NCBI RefSeq assembly: GCF_036917095.1
Contig: NZ_JBALFH010000002.1
Location: 35,074 to 99,073, forward strand
DNA: 64,000 bases
From: Nostoc sp.
Lineage (GTDB): Bacteria; Cyanobacteriota; Cyanobacteriia; Cyanobacteriales; Nostocaceae
Direction of reading: 5' to 3'
The position numbers and the translations under genes are program-made. The notes below the pieces were generated by a model. The model made no database searches and was not told where the DNA came from. It worked only from the letters and a program-made list of their open reading frames with translations. Positions 9,000 through 18,217 of this stretch are shown piece after piece; position 1 is the first letter of the stretch, and each line of letters starts with the position of its first letter.

Positions 9000-10628
9000 G
9001 TGGTTAACCCGGAAATACCGTCTTGGCGCAAAACAGTACAAAGCGAGATTGTAGCTGTTACCGTGTATTCTGACAGAGCACTGGTTACACGGCGGGGTGT
9101 AGTTGATTTAACAGGAATTGAACAGGAATTAGTCATTACCCCACTGCCAGAGACTCTAGAAACGGAGTCTGTCAGGGTTAGCGGTACAGGGACGGTAGGG
9201 GTGCGCTTAGTGGGGGTTAGTAGCGATCGCATCTACACTACTGAACCTGTAGCGGAGCGAGTCGCACATTTGACAAGGCAAATTCAGCAAATAGAAGCAG
9301 AAAAACGCCATTTGCAAGCTCAAGTCGATGCTTTAGCATTACAGTCTAATTTCATTGCAGGCTTACGCGAAAAGACAGAAGAACCCTTTTCACAGAGTTT
9401 GTCTCGGAAAAATCTCAGCCTCAGCGAAACTTTGGATTTTTTGAACTTTCTTGGAAGCCAGTATAGTGAATATGCGATCGCATCTGGAGAGTGCAAAACC
9501 CAACAGCAGGAGTTAGACAAACAACTGCAAGCACTCCACACCTCATTGCAAAAAATCCAAACACCTCATCCTAAAGAGAGTTTTAGCTTAGTTGTCGCAG
9601 TTGAAGTAGCGGGTGAAGGCGAATTTGAATTAGAGGTGTCTTACATAGTAAATCGCGCTAGTTGGAATCCACTTTATGACTTGCGCTTTAGCACTACCAG
9701 CGATATTGTACATCTAAGTTACCTTGCAGAAATCACTCAAAGCAGCGGCGAAGATTGGATTGGGGCAAATCTTACCCTTTCTACCGCTAAACCAGGATTA
9801 GGTACACTTCCACCCAAACTTGAACCCTGGTATATTGATAGCCCACTTCCTCGAAGAATACGACAACGATTTACTGCCCAGGCACCACTGCTGCCTAGCA
9901 TACCAGAGCCGCCTGCTTCTGCTGCCAGAGCAGATTGGCAAGAACAAGACGAAGTTACAGAAGATAGTCTCATCCCAGCAGAAACCGTTACAGCAGAAGT
10001 ATCTAAAGAAGGGAGCGTAGTTACCTTTAAATTGAATAGTGGTGGTAACATTCCCAGTGATGGCGCACCCCATAAAACTACAATTTTCAATGATGATTAT
10101 CCTTGTAGCTTTGATTATGTAGCAATGCCACGCTTGGTAAGCTTTGCTTGTTTGCAAGCTAATGTGAAAAATAGCCCGAATGGTGCGACTTTGTTACCAG
10201 GTAAAGCGAATATTTTCCGCGACAATGTTTTTATTGGGACAACTCAGTTAGAGAATATTGCACCAGGGCAAGAGTTCAAACTGAATTTAGGGATTGATGA
10301 AGGTTTAAAAATTGAGCGCGACTTAGTTGAACGTCTGGTAGATAAAAGATTGATTAGCAACCAGCGCCGCATTACTTATAGCTATCGGTTGCTAATTACT
10401 AACTTACTAGACAAAGAACTAAATCTAAAACTAACTGAACAATTGCCAGTTAGCCGCAACGAGCAAATTAAAGTGCGCCTCAATCGCTGCAACCCACAAA
10501 TTCAACTTGGTGAAATGGGGATTTTAGAATGGCAATTAACTTTTCCACCTCAGGAGCGACGAGAAATATATTACCAGTTTAATATTGAACATCCGCCTGA
10601 ATTAACGGTGATTGGGTTAGATATTTAG
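9000..10628 (+). CDS. DUF4139/DUF4140 (TIGR02231-like) protein with a central coiled coil
   Basis: 542 aa. The start is ...VAVTVYSDRALVTRRGVVDL, there is a coiled-coil region RQIQQIEAEKRHLQAQVDAL, and the C-terminus is a beta-rich domain. The family call is from memory. Confidence 0.55.
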   Translation: MVNPEIPSWRKTVQSEIVAVTVYSDRALVTRRGVVDLTGIEQELVITPLPETLETESVRVSGTGTVGVRLVGVSSDRIYTTEPVAERVAHLTRQIQQIEAEKRHLQAQVDALALQSNFIAGLREKTEEPFSQSLSRKNLSLSETLDFLNFLGSQYSEYAIASGECKTQQQELDKQLQALHTSLQKIQTPHPKESFSLVVAVEVAGEGEFELEVSYIVNRASWNPLYDLRFSTTSDIVHLSYLAEITQSSGEDWIGANLTLSTAKPGLGTLPPKLEPWYIDSPLPRRIRQRFTAQAPLLPSIPEPPASAARADWQEQDEVTEDSLIPAETVTAEVSKEGSVVTFKLNSGGNIPSDGAPHKTTIFNDDYPCSFDYVAMPRLVSFACLQANVKNSPNGATLLPGKANIFRDNVFIGTTQLENIAPGQEFKLNLGIDEGLKIERDLVERLVDKRLISNQRRITYSYRLLITNLLDKELNLKLTEQLPVSRNEQIKVRLNRCNPQIQLGEMGILEWQLTFPPQERREIYYQFNIEHPPELTVIGLDI

Positions 10629-10733
10629 AGTCGCGGTTAGCGTTATTATTCAACTGTGTTCCCGAAATTAAGTAAACAAATATTATTAAGTATAACTGCC
10701 AGCAAAAGCACTCACCTCTAGGAGACACCGAAA

Positions 10734-11234
10734 ATGAATGTGCTGGTTCGAGAAGCACGAGTGGATGATGCTGCCGCGATTGTTAGCATTCTGAACCCAA
10801 TTATAGAAGCTGGTGTATATACCGCGTTTGATACGCCGCTCACAGTCGATGCCGAACGTGAGTATATTTCAAATTTTCCCCAGCGTGGGGTGTTCCATGT
10901 CGCTCTGCGCTTACCAGATCGGGCAGTTGTTGGGTTTCAAAGTCTGGAACCATTTGCAACCTTCACACATGCCTTTGACCATGTGGGAATCATCGGAACA
11001 TACGTAGATATCTTATACCAACGACAAGGTATTGGTAAGAGTCTATTCGAGGCTACTTTTGAGACTGCTCGTACCAAAGGATACGAAAAGATATTAACCT
11101 ACGTTCGCGCCGATAACGCAGGGGCGTTAGCTAGCTATCTCCAACGTGGTTTTCACATAATTGGGACGGCGCAAAGACAGGCTAAAATCAAAGGAACGTA
11201 TGTGGACGAGATCATCATCGAACGGTTTTTATAA
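10734..11234 (+). CDS. GNAT family N-acetyltransferase
   Basis: 166 aa. The core motif YQRQGIGKSLFEATFETAR (Q/RxxGxG/A) and the overall length are typical of the phosphinothricin-acetyltransferase-like GNAT group. Confidence 0.75.
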   Translation: MNVLVREARVDDAAAIVSILNPIIEAGVYTAFDTPLTVDAEREYISNFPQRGVFHVALRLPDRAVVGFQSLEPFATFTHAFDHVGIIGTYVDILYQRQGIGKSLFEATFETARTKGYEKILTYVRADNAGALASYLQRGFHIIGTAQRQAKIKGTYVDEIIIERFL

Positions 11235-11292
11235 ATAGCGTCTGCGCTCCTCACTGCTACGCTAAACTTATAGCACTGAGACACTTGCCGCC

Positions 11293-11961
11293 ATGTCTGT
11301 CACCAAAGATTTTGAAGTCCCAAAAGATGTTATATTTCCGCCAGGGGATTTATATAGTGACGAACCGCCTTTGGAAACTGACTTGCATCGGCTACAAATG
11401 ACACTGCTCATCCAATGCTTGGAGTGGTTGTGGCAAAATCGCAATGACTTTTATACATCGGGTAATCTCACTATTTATTACAGTCCACGCCAGCGCAAAT
11501 CAGAAAACTTCCGGGGGCCAGATTTTTTTGTGGTACTGGGGACTGAACGCAAACCCCGTAAAAGCTGGGTTGTCTGGGAGGAAGATGGCAAATATCCCAA
11601 TCTAATCATAGAAATCCTCTCGGATAGTACAGGTGATACCGATAAAGGCTTAAAAAAACAAATTTACCAAGATATCTTTCGCACACCAGATTACTTCTGG
11701 TTTGACCCGGAAACCTTAGAATTTTCAGGGTATCATTTGCTTGATGGTAAATATCAACCCCTGGAACCCAATTCCCAAGGCTGGTTGTGGAGTCAACAGC
11801 TAGGTTTGTATTTAGGGGTTTATCAAGAAAAGCTACGCTTTTTCACGCCTGAAGGAGAACTGGTTCCCACACCCGAAGAAGTCGCACAACAGGAGAAGCA
11901 ACGCAGCGATCGCTTGGCGGCAAAACTGAGAGAATTAAATATAGATCCAGATACTATTTAA
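11293..11961 (+). CDS. Uma2 family (DUF820) putative endonuclease
   Basis: 222 aa. ...GPDFFVVLG...YPNLIIEILSDST...K...Y gives the D...E-x-L/K core typical of the Uma2 proteins abundant in cyanobacteria. Confidence 0.7.
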   Translation: MSVTKDFEVPKDVIFPPGDLYSDEPPLETDLHRLQMTLLIQCLEWLWQNRNDFYTSGNLTIYYSPRQRKSENFRGPDFFVVLGTERKPRKSWVVWEEDGKYPNLIIEILSDSTGDTDKGLKKQIYQDIFRTPDYFWFDPETLEFSGYHLLDGKYQPLEPNSQGWLWSQQLGLYLGVYQEKLRFFTPEGELVPTPEEVAQQEKQRSDRLAAKLRELNIDPDTI

Positions 11962-11999
11962 CTTCCACGCTGTCTTGCTTGTGCCTGTTGGCGCGAATG

Positions 12000-12200
12000 C
12001 TATGAATCTTCAGGAAAAACCCATTTTGGCGGTTCCGTCATTTTTTTCCGCAGACGTTCTTGTGCCAACTCCAACATTTTGTCTAAGGGAGTCTCTTCAA
12101 TAAATTTTGCAGTGGCCTCTCTAAACTCGATATTGGGGCATTTATCCCCTAAAACACAGCCGTTAATGCAGGCTTGGGCGCAGTTAATTTTTTGCTCCAC
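12000..12200 (-). CDS. Small Cys-rich hypothetical protein
   Basis: 66 aa with a C-x3-C-x3-C-x5-CP motif (CAQACINGCVLGDKCP) near the N-terminus. It is an isolated ORF flanked by hairpin repeats. Confidence 0.45.
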   Translation of the reverse strand: MEQKINCAQACINGCVLGDKCPNIEFREATAKFIEETPLDKMLELAQERLRKKMTEPPKWVFPEDS

Positions 12201-12399
12201 AGTAAATTCCTCTCTCTAAAAGTTATGAGTTGTGAGTTATAATTTTCACCCCTAACTCTTTACTATCAGGCATTACCCTCCAGGTAAATTTTACCTTGCC
12301 AGTTGCCATCCCATTAGTCTAAATACTTACCATTTAGAAAGGTATCGGTTATGAGTTATGATTTTGACTCCTAACTTCTCACTCTTATGAAGGGCGCTC

Positions 12400-13794
12400 A
12401 TGTCAGAAGTTTTTGCCACTACTGGAACCATCGCTGCGATCGCTACTGCTGTTGTCCCCCAACAGGGTAGCGTTGGTATTGTGCGAGTATCCGGTTCCCA
12501 AGCAATGGCGATTGCCCAAACTCTTTTTCACGCACCAGGGCGACAAGTTTGGGAAAGTCACCGAATTCTCTACGGTTACATTCGCCATCCCCAGACGCAA
12601 CAAGTGGTGGATGAAACGCTGTTGCTGCTCATGAAAGCACCCCGTTCTTACACCCGTGAAGATGTAGTGGAATTTCATTGCCACGGCGGAATTATGGCAG
12701 TGCAGCAGGTGTTACAACTATGTCTAGAAAATGGCGCTAGGTTAGCCCAACCGGGAGAATTTACTCTCCGCGCCTTTTTAAATGGACGATTGGATTTAAC
12801 TCAAGCCGAAGGTATTGCCGATTTAGTAGGAGCGCGATCGCCCCAAGCTGCTCAAACTGCCTTAGCTGGTTTGCAGGGAAAATTAGCTCATCCAATCCGG
12901 CAGTTACGCGCTAACTGTTTGGATATTTTGGCAGAAATCGAAGCTCGAATCGATTTTGAGGAAGACCTTCCTCCGCTGGATGATAAAGTCATAATATCAG
13001 AAATCGAGAAAATTGCCGCAGAAATAACTAGATTATTAGCAACCAAAGACAAAGGTGAGTTGCTACGCACTGGTTTAAAAGTGGCAATTGTTGGGCGTCC
13101 GAATGTGGGTAAGTCGAGCTTATTGAACGCTTGGAGCCAGAGCGATCGCGCCATTGTGACTGACTTACCCGGTACAACCCGCGATGTGGTGGAATCGCAG
13201 TTAGTTGTCGGGGGAATTCCCGTACAAGTGCTAGATACAGCCGGGATTCGAGAAACAACCGACCAAGTGGAAAAAATTGGGGTGGAGCGATCGCGTCGTG
13301 CCGCCAATGCAGCAGATTTAGTCTTGCTTACCATCGACGCTTCATCTGGGTGGACGGAAGGCGATCGAGAAATTTATGAGCAGGTGCAACATCGTCCATT
13401 GATTCTAGTTATTAACAAAATCGATTTAGTAGAAGAGAGCGAAAGAAAAATTATTCTATCCCAAATCCCAAATCCTAAATCTAAAATTGTCACAGCAGCA
13501 GCAAAAAATCAAGGTATTGATGCTTTAGAAACAGCAATTTTAGAGATAGTTAAGGCAGGAAAAGTTCAAGCGGCTGATATGGATTTAGCCATTAACCAAA
13601 GGCAAGCAGCAGCCTTAACTCAAGCTAAAATTTCTTTGGAACAAGTACAAGCAACAATTGCCCAAAAGCTACCCCTTGATTTCTGGACAATTGACTTACG
13701 GGGTGCGATTCAAGCGCTAGGAGAAATTACCGGAGAAGATGTGACAGAATCAGTTTTAGATAGGATTTTTAGCAAGTTTTGTATTGGTAAATAA
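12400..13794 (+). CDS. mnmE: tRNA modification GTPase MnmE (TrmE)
   Basis: 464 aa with a G domain [12 protein letters not shown] ... DTAGIR ... NKID and the hallmark C-terminal CIGK. Confidence 0.93.
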   Translation: MSEVFATTGTIAAIATAVVPQQGSVGIVRVSGSQAMAIAQTLFHAPGRQVWESHRILYGYIRHPQTQQVVDETLLLLMKAPRSYTREDVVEFHCHGGIMAVQQVLQLCLENGARLAQPGEFTLRAFLNGRLDLTQAEGIADLVGARSPQAAQTALAGLQGKLAHPIRQLRANCLDILAEIEARIDFEEDLPPLDDKVIISEIEKIAAEITRLLATKDKGELLRTGLKVAIVGRPNVGKSSLLNAWSQSDRAIVTDLPGTTRDVVESQLVVGGIPVQVLDTAGIRETTDQVEKIGVERSRRAANAADLVLLTIDASSGWTEGDREIYEQVQHRPLILVINKIDLVEESERKIILSQIPNPKSKIVTAAAKNQGIDALETAILEIVKAGKVQAADMDLAINQRQAAALTQAKISLEQVQATIAQKLPLDFWTIDLRGAIQALGEITGEDVTESVLDRIFSKFCIGK

Positions 13795-14077
13795 ATGAGA
13801 GATTGGCAAAGGCAAAATGCAATCCAGCATTTATACAAAAGAAGGAAAAACGAACCGCAAAGGACGCAAAGGACACAAAGGAATGAGAGTTTTAGAGAGT
13901 TATTGCGGAAGCCCTATATACTAATATTTGTGAAGTGTCACTCTTATTAAAATTAACCTACAATTGATAAAAAATGTACATTTCAATTCGCTACGTCATC
14001 ACAGCGAGAGAAAAATTGCTACTTATTTTATCTCTGGCTAGGAATATTAAATACCGCCACAAGTAAACTAAATTCAT

Positions 14078-14848
14078 ATGTCTTTTATCGATGAAATTAA
14101 TCCTGTAAACGCGTTGATTGTGGGAGCCAGCCAAGGTATTGGTTTGGGTTTTGTCAAAAAATTGCTACAAGATGACAGAATAGCCAAAGTTTATGCAATT
14201 TCTCGCCAACCGGAATCAGCCTCCGATTTAATAGCTCTTGCAAGCGAACATTCTGAGCGATTAATTTGTATAAAGATGGATATTACTGACGAATCGCAGA
14301 TTATTGAAGCGGTTAAAAAAATACGTACCCAAGTTGATAAACTGCATTTGGTAATCAACTGTGTAGGACTGTTGCATGAAGATACTTTGCAACCTGAAAA
14401 AAGCTTAAGACAGATCAATTCAGAAAATTTGCTGCGCTACTTTCAGATAAATAGTATTGGTGCTGTCTTGCTAACTAAACATCTATTGCCCTTGTTTCGT
14501 CATCGAGAACGCAGCGTGTTTGCCACTATTTCTGCTAAATTAGGCAGTATTGGCGATAACCAACTTGGTGGATGGTATGGCTATCGCGCTTCTAAAGCAG
14601 CACTCAATATGTTGATGCGAACTGCGGCAATTGAGTATAAAAGAAGTTGTCCTCAAGCATTAATAGTGACATTGCATCCTGGTACAACAGATACGCGCCT
14701 TTCTCGTCCTTTCCAGGGAAATGTACCTGCGGAAAAATTATTCACAGTGGAACGTACCGTTACCCAATTATTGGCTGTGATTGAACAGCTTCAAGAAGGC
14801 GATAGTGGAGAGTTTTTCTCGTGGGATGGAAGCCGATTACCTTGGTAA
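14078..14848 (+). CDS. SDR family oxidoreductase
   Basis: 256 aa with a glycine-rich N-terminus VGASQGIGLG and the catalytic YRASKAALN (YxxxK). Confidence 0.8.
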   Translation: MSFIDEINPVNALIVGASQGIGLGFVKKLLQDDRIAKVYAISRQPESASDLIALASEHSERLICIKMDITDESQIIEAVKKIRTQVDKLHLVINCVGLLHEDTLQPEKSLRQINSENLLRYFQINSIGAVLLTKHLLPLFRHRERSVFATISAKLGSIGDNQLGGWYGYRASKAALNMLMRTAAIEYKRSCPQALIVTLHPGTTDTRLSRPFQGNVPAEKLFTVERTVTQLLAVIEQLQEGDSGEFFSWDGSRLPW

Positions 14849-14898
14849 CTGCGTTACGCTTGTGCTAGTGAAATTTACGTTACTTGTAACCAAAGCCT

Positions 14899-15228
14899 AT
14901 GAAGTTTTTTGTGCCAGCAGCCAAGGATGATATTAAAGCAGAGCAGGTGTATAGTGCTTTTGCTCGGTCTGTTAAAGCACCAATAACCGAAAAGCGTATT
15001 TGGAAGTTACAGTGGCGCGATCGCGAAATTGATATGGAATGCGAGGTAGGTAAACCTTTACCATCCTCTTATCAAACAGGGAAAGAGCTAGTTATGGCAA
15101 TCTTTGAGTGCGAAAACCTTTATAAGATTTGTACTCTTACCCGTGGAGGAGTAAAGGGAGAACCTATTTTGGTTGGCAAAAACTCTGTATCCTCAGCAAC
15201 ATATTTTTCAGATAATACAAACAATTGA
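14899..15228 (+). CDS. Hypothetical protein
   Basis: A 109-aa ORF with no competing frame. No recognisable motif. Confidence 0.4.
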   Translation: MKFFVPAAKDDIKAEQVYSAFARSVKAPITEKRIWKLQWRDREIDMECEVGKPLPSSYQTGKELVMAIFECENLYKICTLTRGGVKGEPILVGKNSVSSATYFSDNTNN

Positions 15229-15316
15229 CTCTACATTTTAAGGTGCGATCGCTTGTTTGATAAAAGTGGATGCGTAGGCGTAGCCCGTCGTAGACATCGC
15301 CTTGGTAGCATAGTTA

Positions 15317-16237
15317 CTAAGAACTAGGAAACTCTAACTCAGCGTTTCCCCCTCCTAACTGCACCACCTCAGATGGTAGGTGTCGCTCCAACCAATCTTC
15401 CAAATCAGCCATTACCTCAGGGTAATTTAGGTCACTCTGAATTTCGTGATAGGCTCCCGGATACTCGATTCTCAGCTTATCTGTGCAGTTTACCCGTTGG
15501 TAAAAGATGTCGCTTCCCGCAGGTAAAGCAACTCTGTCTGCACCGCCGTGGAGAATCAACAATGGTAATTGCCAATCACCTGCGCGAGCATTAATCCAAT
15601 CAACTGTTGCAAAGAATTCTGTAGCCAGACGGGCACTAGCAAGGGTATGTCGCAATGTATCCTGAGCGATGGCGGCTAAAACCTGCCGATCTCGTGAAGC
15701 AGTGCTTATGTCAATGCCTGTATTCAGGGTGAAACGCGGCCACACCCGTGAGAGCATTTTTCCTAAAAGCACGCGGATGGGTGAAACCCCAACTTTCCCC
15801 AAGGTTGGCGCTAGAGCGATCGCACCCTGCAATACTGATGCTTGTTGGGGATAGCGCAGAACGTAATCTAAGACAATCACCCCGCCTAAACTATGACCCA
15901 AGAGAAAAACTGGGCATCCAGGATTCTGAGTCTGAATTAACTGTAAAAAGGCTCCCACGTCTTCCCGAAACTCACTCCAAGCGTTGATATAGCCTTGCTG
16001 ACCTGATGAGCGTCCATGACCGCGCAAGTCTAAGCCGTAGACGGCATATTGTTTGGGTATCAAATGTTGAATCACATTACTATAGCGATCGCTGTGCGTT
16101 CCAAGTCCATGCACAATGGCTAATATTGCCCGTACTTTACCCTTTGGATGCCAGCTTTGATAATACAGGTCAAGTCCTCCAACACCTGGAAATCTGCCTT
16201 CTCTACGAGATGCTACGCGATCGCTGTAGTCAATCAT
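15317..16237 (-). CDS. Alpha/beta hydrolase (lysophospholipase/monoacylglycerol-lipase-like)
   Basis: 306 aa with the oxyanion region HGLGTHSDRY, the nucleophile elbow GHSLGG, and a late H in YPGAYHE. Confidence 0.8.
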   Translation of the reverse strand: MIDYSDRVASRREGRFPGVGGLDLYYQSWHPKGKVRAILAIVHGLGTHSDRYSNVIQHLIPKQYAVYGLDLRGHGRSSGQQGYINAWSEFREDVGAFLQLIQTQNPGCPVFLLGHSLGGVIVLDYVLRYPQQASVLQGAIALAPTLGKVGVSPIRVLLGKMLSRVWPRFTLNTGIDISTASRDRQVLAAIAQDTLRHTLASARLATEFFATVDWINARAGDWQLPLLILHGGADRVALPAGSDIFYQRVNCTDKLRIEYPGAYHEIQSDLNYPEVMADLEDWLERHLPSEVVQLGGGNAELEFPSS

Positions 16238-16394
16238 AAGGTTAATTTTTTACATATTTTCTCAGCAAGCTACTAATAATGTCAACATATTAAGAGTTTT
16301 ATACTTAACTCCTGTTTTTGTTTCAATACACAGAACCAAAAAACTTCCAAAGCCACAACTGCGTAGGCATAGCCCGCCGCAGGCATCGCTGCTA

Positions 16395-16492
16395 GAACCA
16401 AAGAAAGCAACATTGTAACCAGCGCTTTTAACCACAAACCCAGCTAATACATTACTCAAAGTTGCACCAAAGCCAATTGCACAGAACCTCAT
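16395..16492 (-). pseudogene. Probable remnant of an MFS transporter C-terminus
   Basis: FCAIGFGATLSNVLAGFVVKSAGYNVAFF resembles the last TM region of MFS transporters. The frame then runs into a dispersed repeat (gcgtaggcatagcccgccgcaggcatcgc). Confidence 0.3.
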
Positions 16493-16603
16493 ATAGCCCG
16501 ACGGAGCGCGGAATTTTTGCTATTTAATCGACGAAGCGAGTAGGGTAAAGTATTGCAGATTTGCAGGCGATTAGGAGAAGCAATGCTGGAGTGCAATAAC
16601 AAT

Positions 16604-16637
16604 AAAATTCCCGACTTCTGATAAAGTCGGGAATTTT
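16604..16637 (-). terminator. Rho-independent terminator downstream of the DUF4231 gene
   Basis: A perfect 14-bp stem, aaaattcccgactt / aagtcgggaatttt, with a 6-nt loop. On the minus strand it is followed by TTTTATT. Confidence 0.65.
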
Positions 16638-16734
16638 AGCCTTTCGAGTCAATCTGAAGAAATCCTATTTTAAATAATAACCACGAACAATACTTGACTG
16701 ATTAGTGACCACAGTTAGTTAATCAGGTGTGCTT

Positions 16735-17607
16735 TTATTTGGTTACTTCTGCTTTGTTTGAGTCATTAGATGGAGCTAATTCTGTCTTCTCGGATTGCGT
16801 CTCACTGGTTTGTTGCAATTGGTTGAGATGAATGTTGTTTACTTGAACAATAAAGTATTCTAATGCCTGACTTGCCTTTTGTTGTTGTTGGCTTTCATCA
16901 GACACATCATAGCAACGATAAGGCGGAGTTACTCCCAATATAAACTTCTCTTGTTCAGCTTCTAATAATTCAACGGCTGTGTTAGCAGCAAGCGAATTTT
17001 TCTGAAAAGGAAAAGAGGTAACTATACTGGCAACTATAGAAGCAATCGCTGGGCAAAGCACGGGGAGCCACTTGAGCCAAGCTTGTCCTGCTTCTAATTT
17101 GTCTACCAGAACTAAAATTGGTGTGACTCCTGATAAAATTACTGTCGCAATTTGCAAACCATAGTAAAGGTTTCTTGATACACCTCGAATTTTTTTATAA
17201 TCGTCAATCAAGTCTTGACTGTATTGTAAAGCCTTCCCTCTTGTCAGAGTCAGCGTATCTTTATTCCAGGAATTAGGATTGGTCAATAGATAACTATAGA
17301 GTTCCGCTTTTTTGGTGAGTTCTAACTGAGAAGCGGCCTTCTTATAGTTCTGAAATACTTGTCTATTGATAAGCAACAAAAAAAACACAAAAGTTAGAGA
17401 TACGGCTCCAGAAATTACAACTGTTTTATCATCTGAAAAGAAAATAATCACTAGTCCAGAAGAGACAAAAGCTGCCAGCAATAAATACTCAATTACCTTC
17501 AAGTTAAACAGCTTTTTCTCATCTGCTGGGGAGGATAAATTTTCAATCCTCTCAGAAATCTTACTTTGGTTTTTTTGGTCAAGATTAGTTAATTCAGCAT
17601 TAGTCAT
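16735..17607 (-). CDS. DUF4231 (SLATT-family) membrane protein with an extra N-terminal 2-TM segment
   Basis: 290 aa. ...YSQDLIDDYKKIRGVSRNLYYGLQIATVILSGVTPILVLV...WLKWLPVLCPAIASIVASIVTSFPFQKNSLAANTAVELLEAEQEKFILGVTPPY fits my memory of the DUF4231 pattern: W/Y-x-K-K, a 2-TM hairpin, then F-x-F-Q-x-N-W...E-x-L-x-x-E...Y. Confidence 0.55.
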   Translation of the reverse strand: MTNAELTNLDQKNQSKISERIENLSSPADEKKLFNLKVIEYLLLAAFVSSGLVIIFFSDDKTVVISGAVSLTFVFFLLLINRQVFQNYKKAASQLELTKKAELYSYLLTNPNSWNKDTLTLTRGKALQYSQDLIDDYKKIRGVSRNLYYGLQIATVILSGVTPILVLVDKLEAGQAWLKWLPVLCPAIASIVASIVTSFPFQKNSLAANTAVELLEAEQEKFILGVTPPYRCYDVSDESQQQQKASQALEYFIVQVNNIHLNQLQQTSETQSEKTELAPSNDSNKAEVTK

Positions 17608-18152
17608 TGGCTCTTACTTAATTAGTTATCGGGTGAGATGTAGCAATAAAAGGCATAGTAACAAATACAATTGGTTTGAGGGGTAGAAGTCAGGATAAGT
17701 TCGCTGGAGAGCAGCTTTAGTATAAAATAGCTAACCTTCTAACTTTTGCTTAGATATCCCTTCTATTAAGGATTTCAGGTCGTTTCTCCCTTGCCAAAAC
17801 CTTTGAGCATCTGTTATTAACTCCCACTTTGTGATTGACTAGTTGGCTTAGAATGCTTTACAAAAGCCAAAAATGTTTCTTTTGGTTGAGGTAAAATCAT
17901 TTAAATCCAGTAAGTCTAGTCAATCCCAACCATACATATATTTGATTGATAATGCAAGGGTTTTACCTTAGTAATTTTACGTATATAAAACCATTTTTTT
18001 TACATAAAACTCTGACTAGTTCCAAAAAATATATTACTATGATTTGCACTTTGCAATACTTGAATTGTTTTTTTGGGAATTTTAACCCTATCTGGGGTGT
18101 TAAGCTGTCGCGTAGAGATTGGCAACACCTATTTCCAGAGAAAGTTATACAA

Positions 18153-18215
18153 GAGTCTGTGATTTATCAAGATATCCTTCAACAAGGAAGACAGCAGGAA
18201 GCGCTAGCACTGATA
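18153..18215 (+). pseudogene. Short remnant resembling the C-terminal DUF4351 region of Rpn/PD-(D/E)xK transposase-like proteins
   Basis: ESVIYQDILQQGRQQEALALI matches the ESVIYQ(D/E)ILQxG...EAL.LI signature I associate with DUF4351. No upstream nuclease domain is present. Confidence 0.3.
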
Positions 18216-18217
18216 AG

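Noticed and set aside
8939-10157. Antisense and alternate-frame ORFs within the DUF4139 gene (8939-9232, 9320-9541, 9737-10090, 9798-10157, 9820-10020)
   Set aside because: All lie inside a long, well-behaved 542-aa frame on the plus strand and have Ser/Cys/Leu-rich shadow-frame composition.
12403-13334. Antisense and alternate ORFs within mnmE (12403-12684, 12413-12634, 12888-13334, 13028-13258)
   Set aside because: These are shadow ORFs of a highly recognisable MnmE frame.
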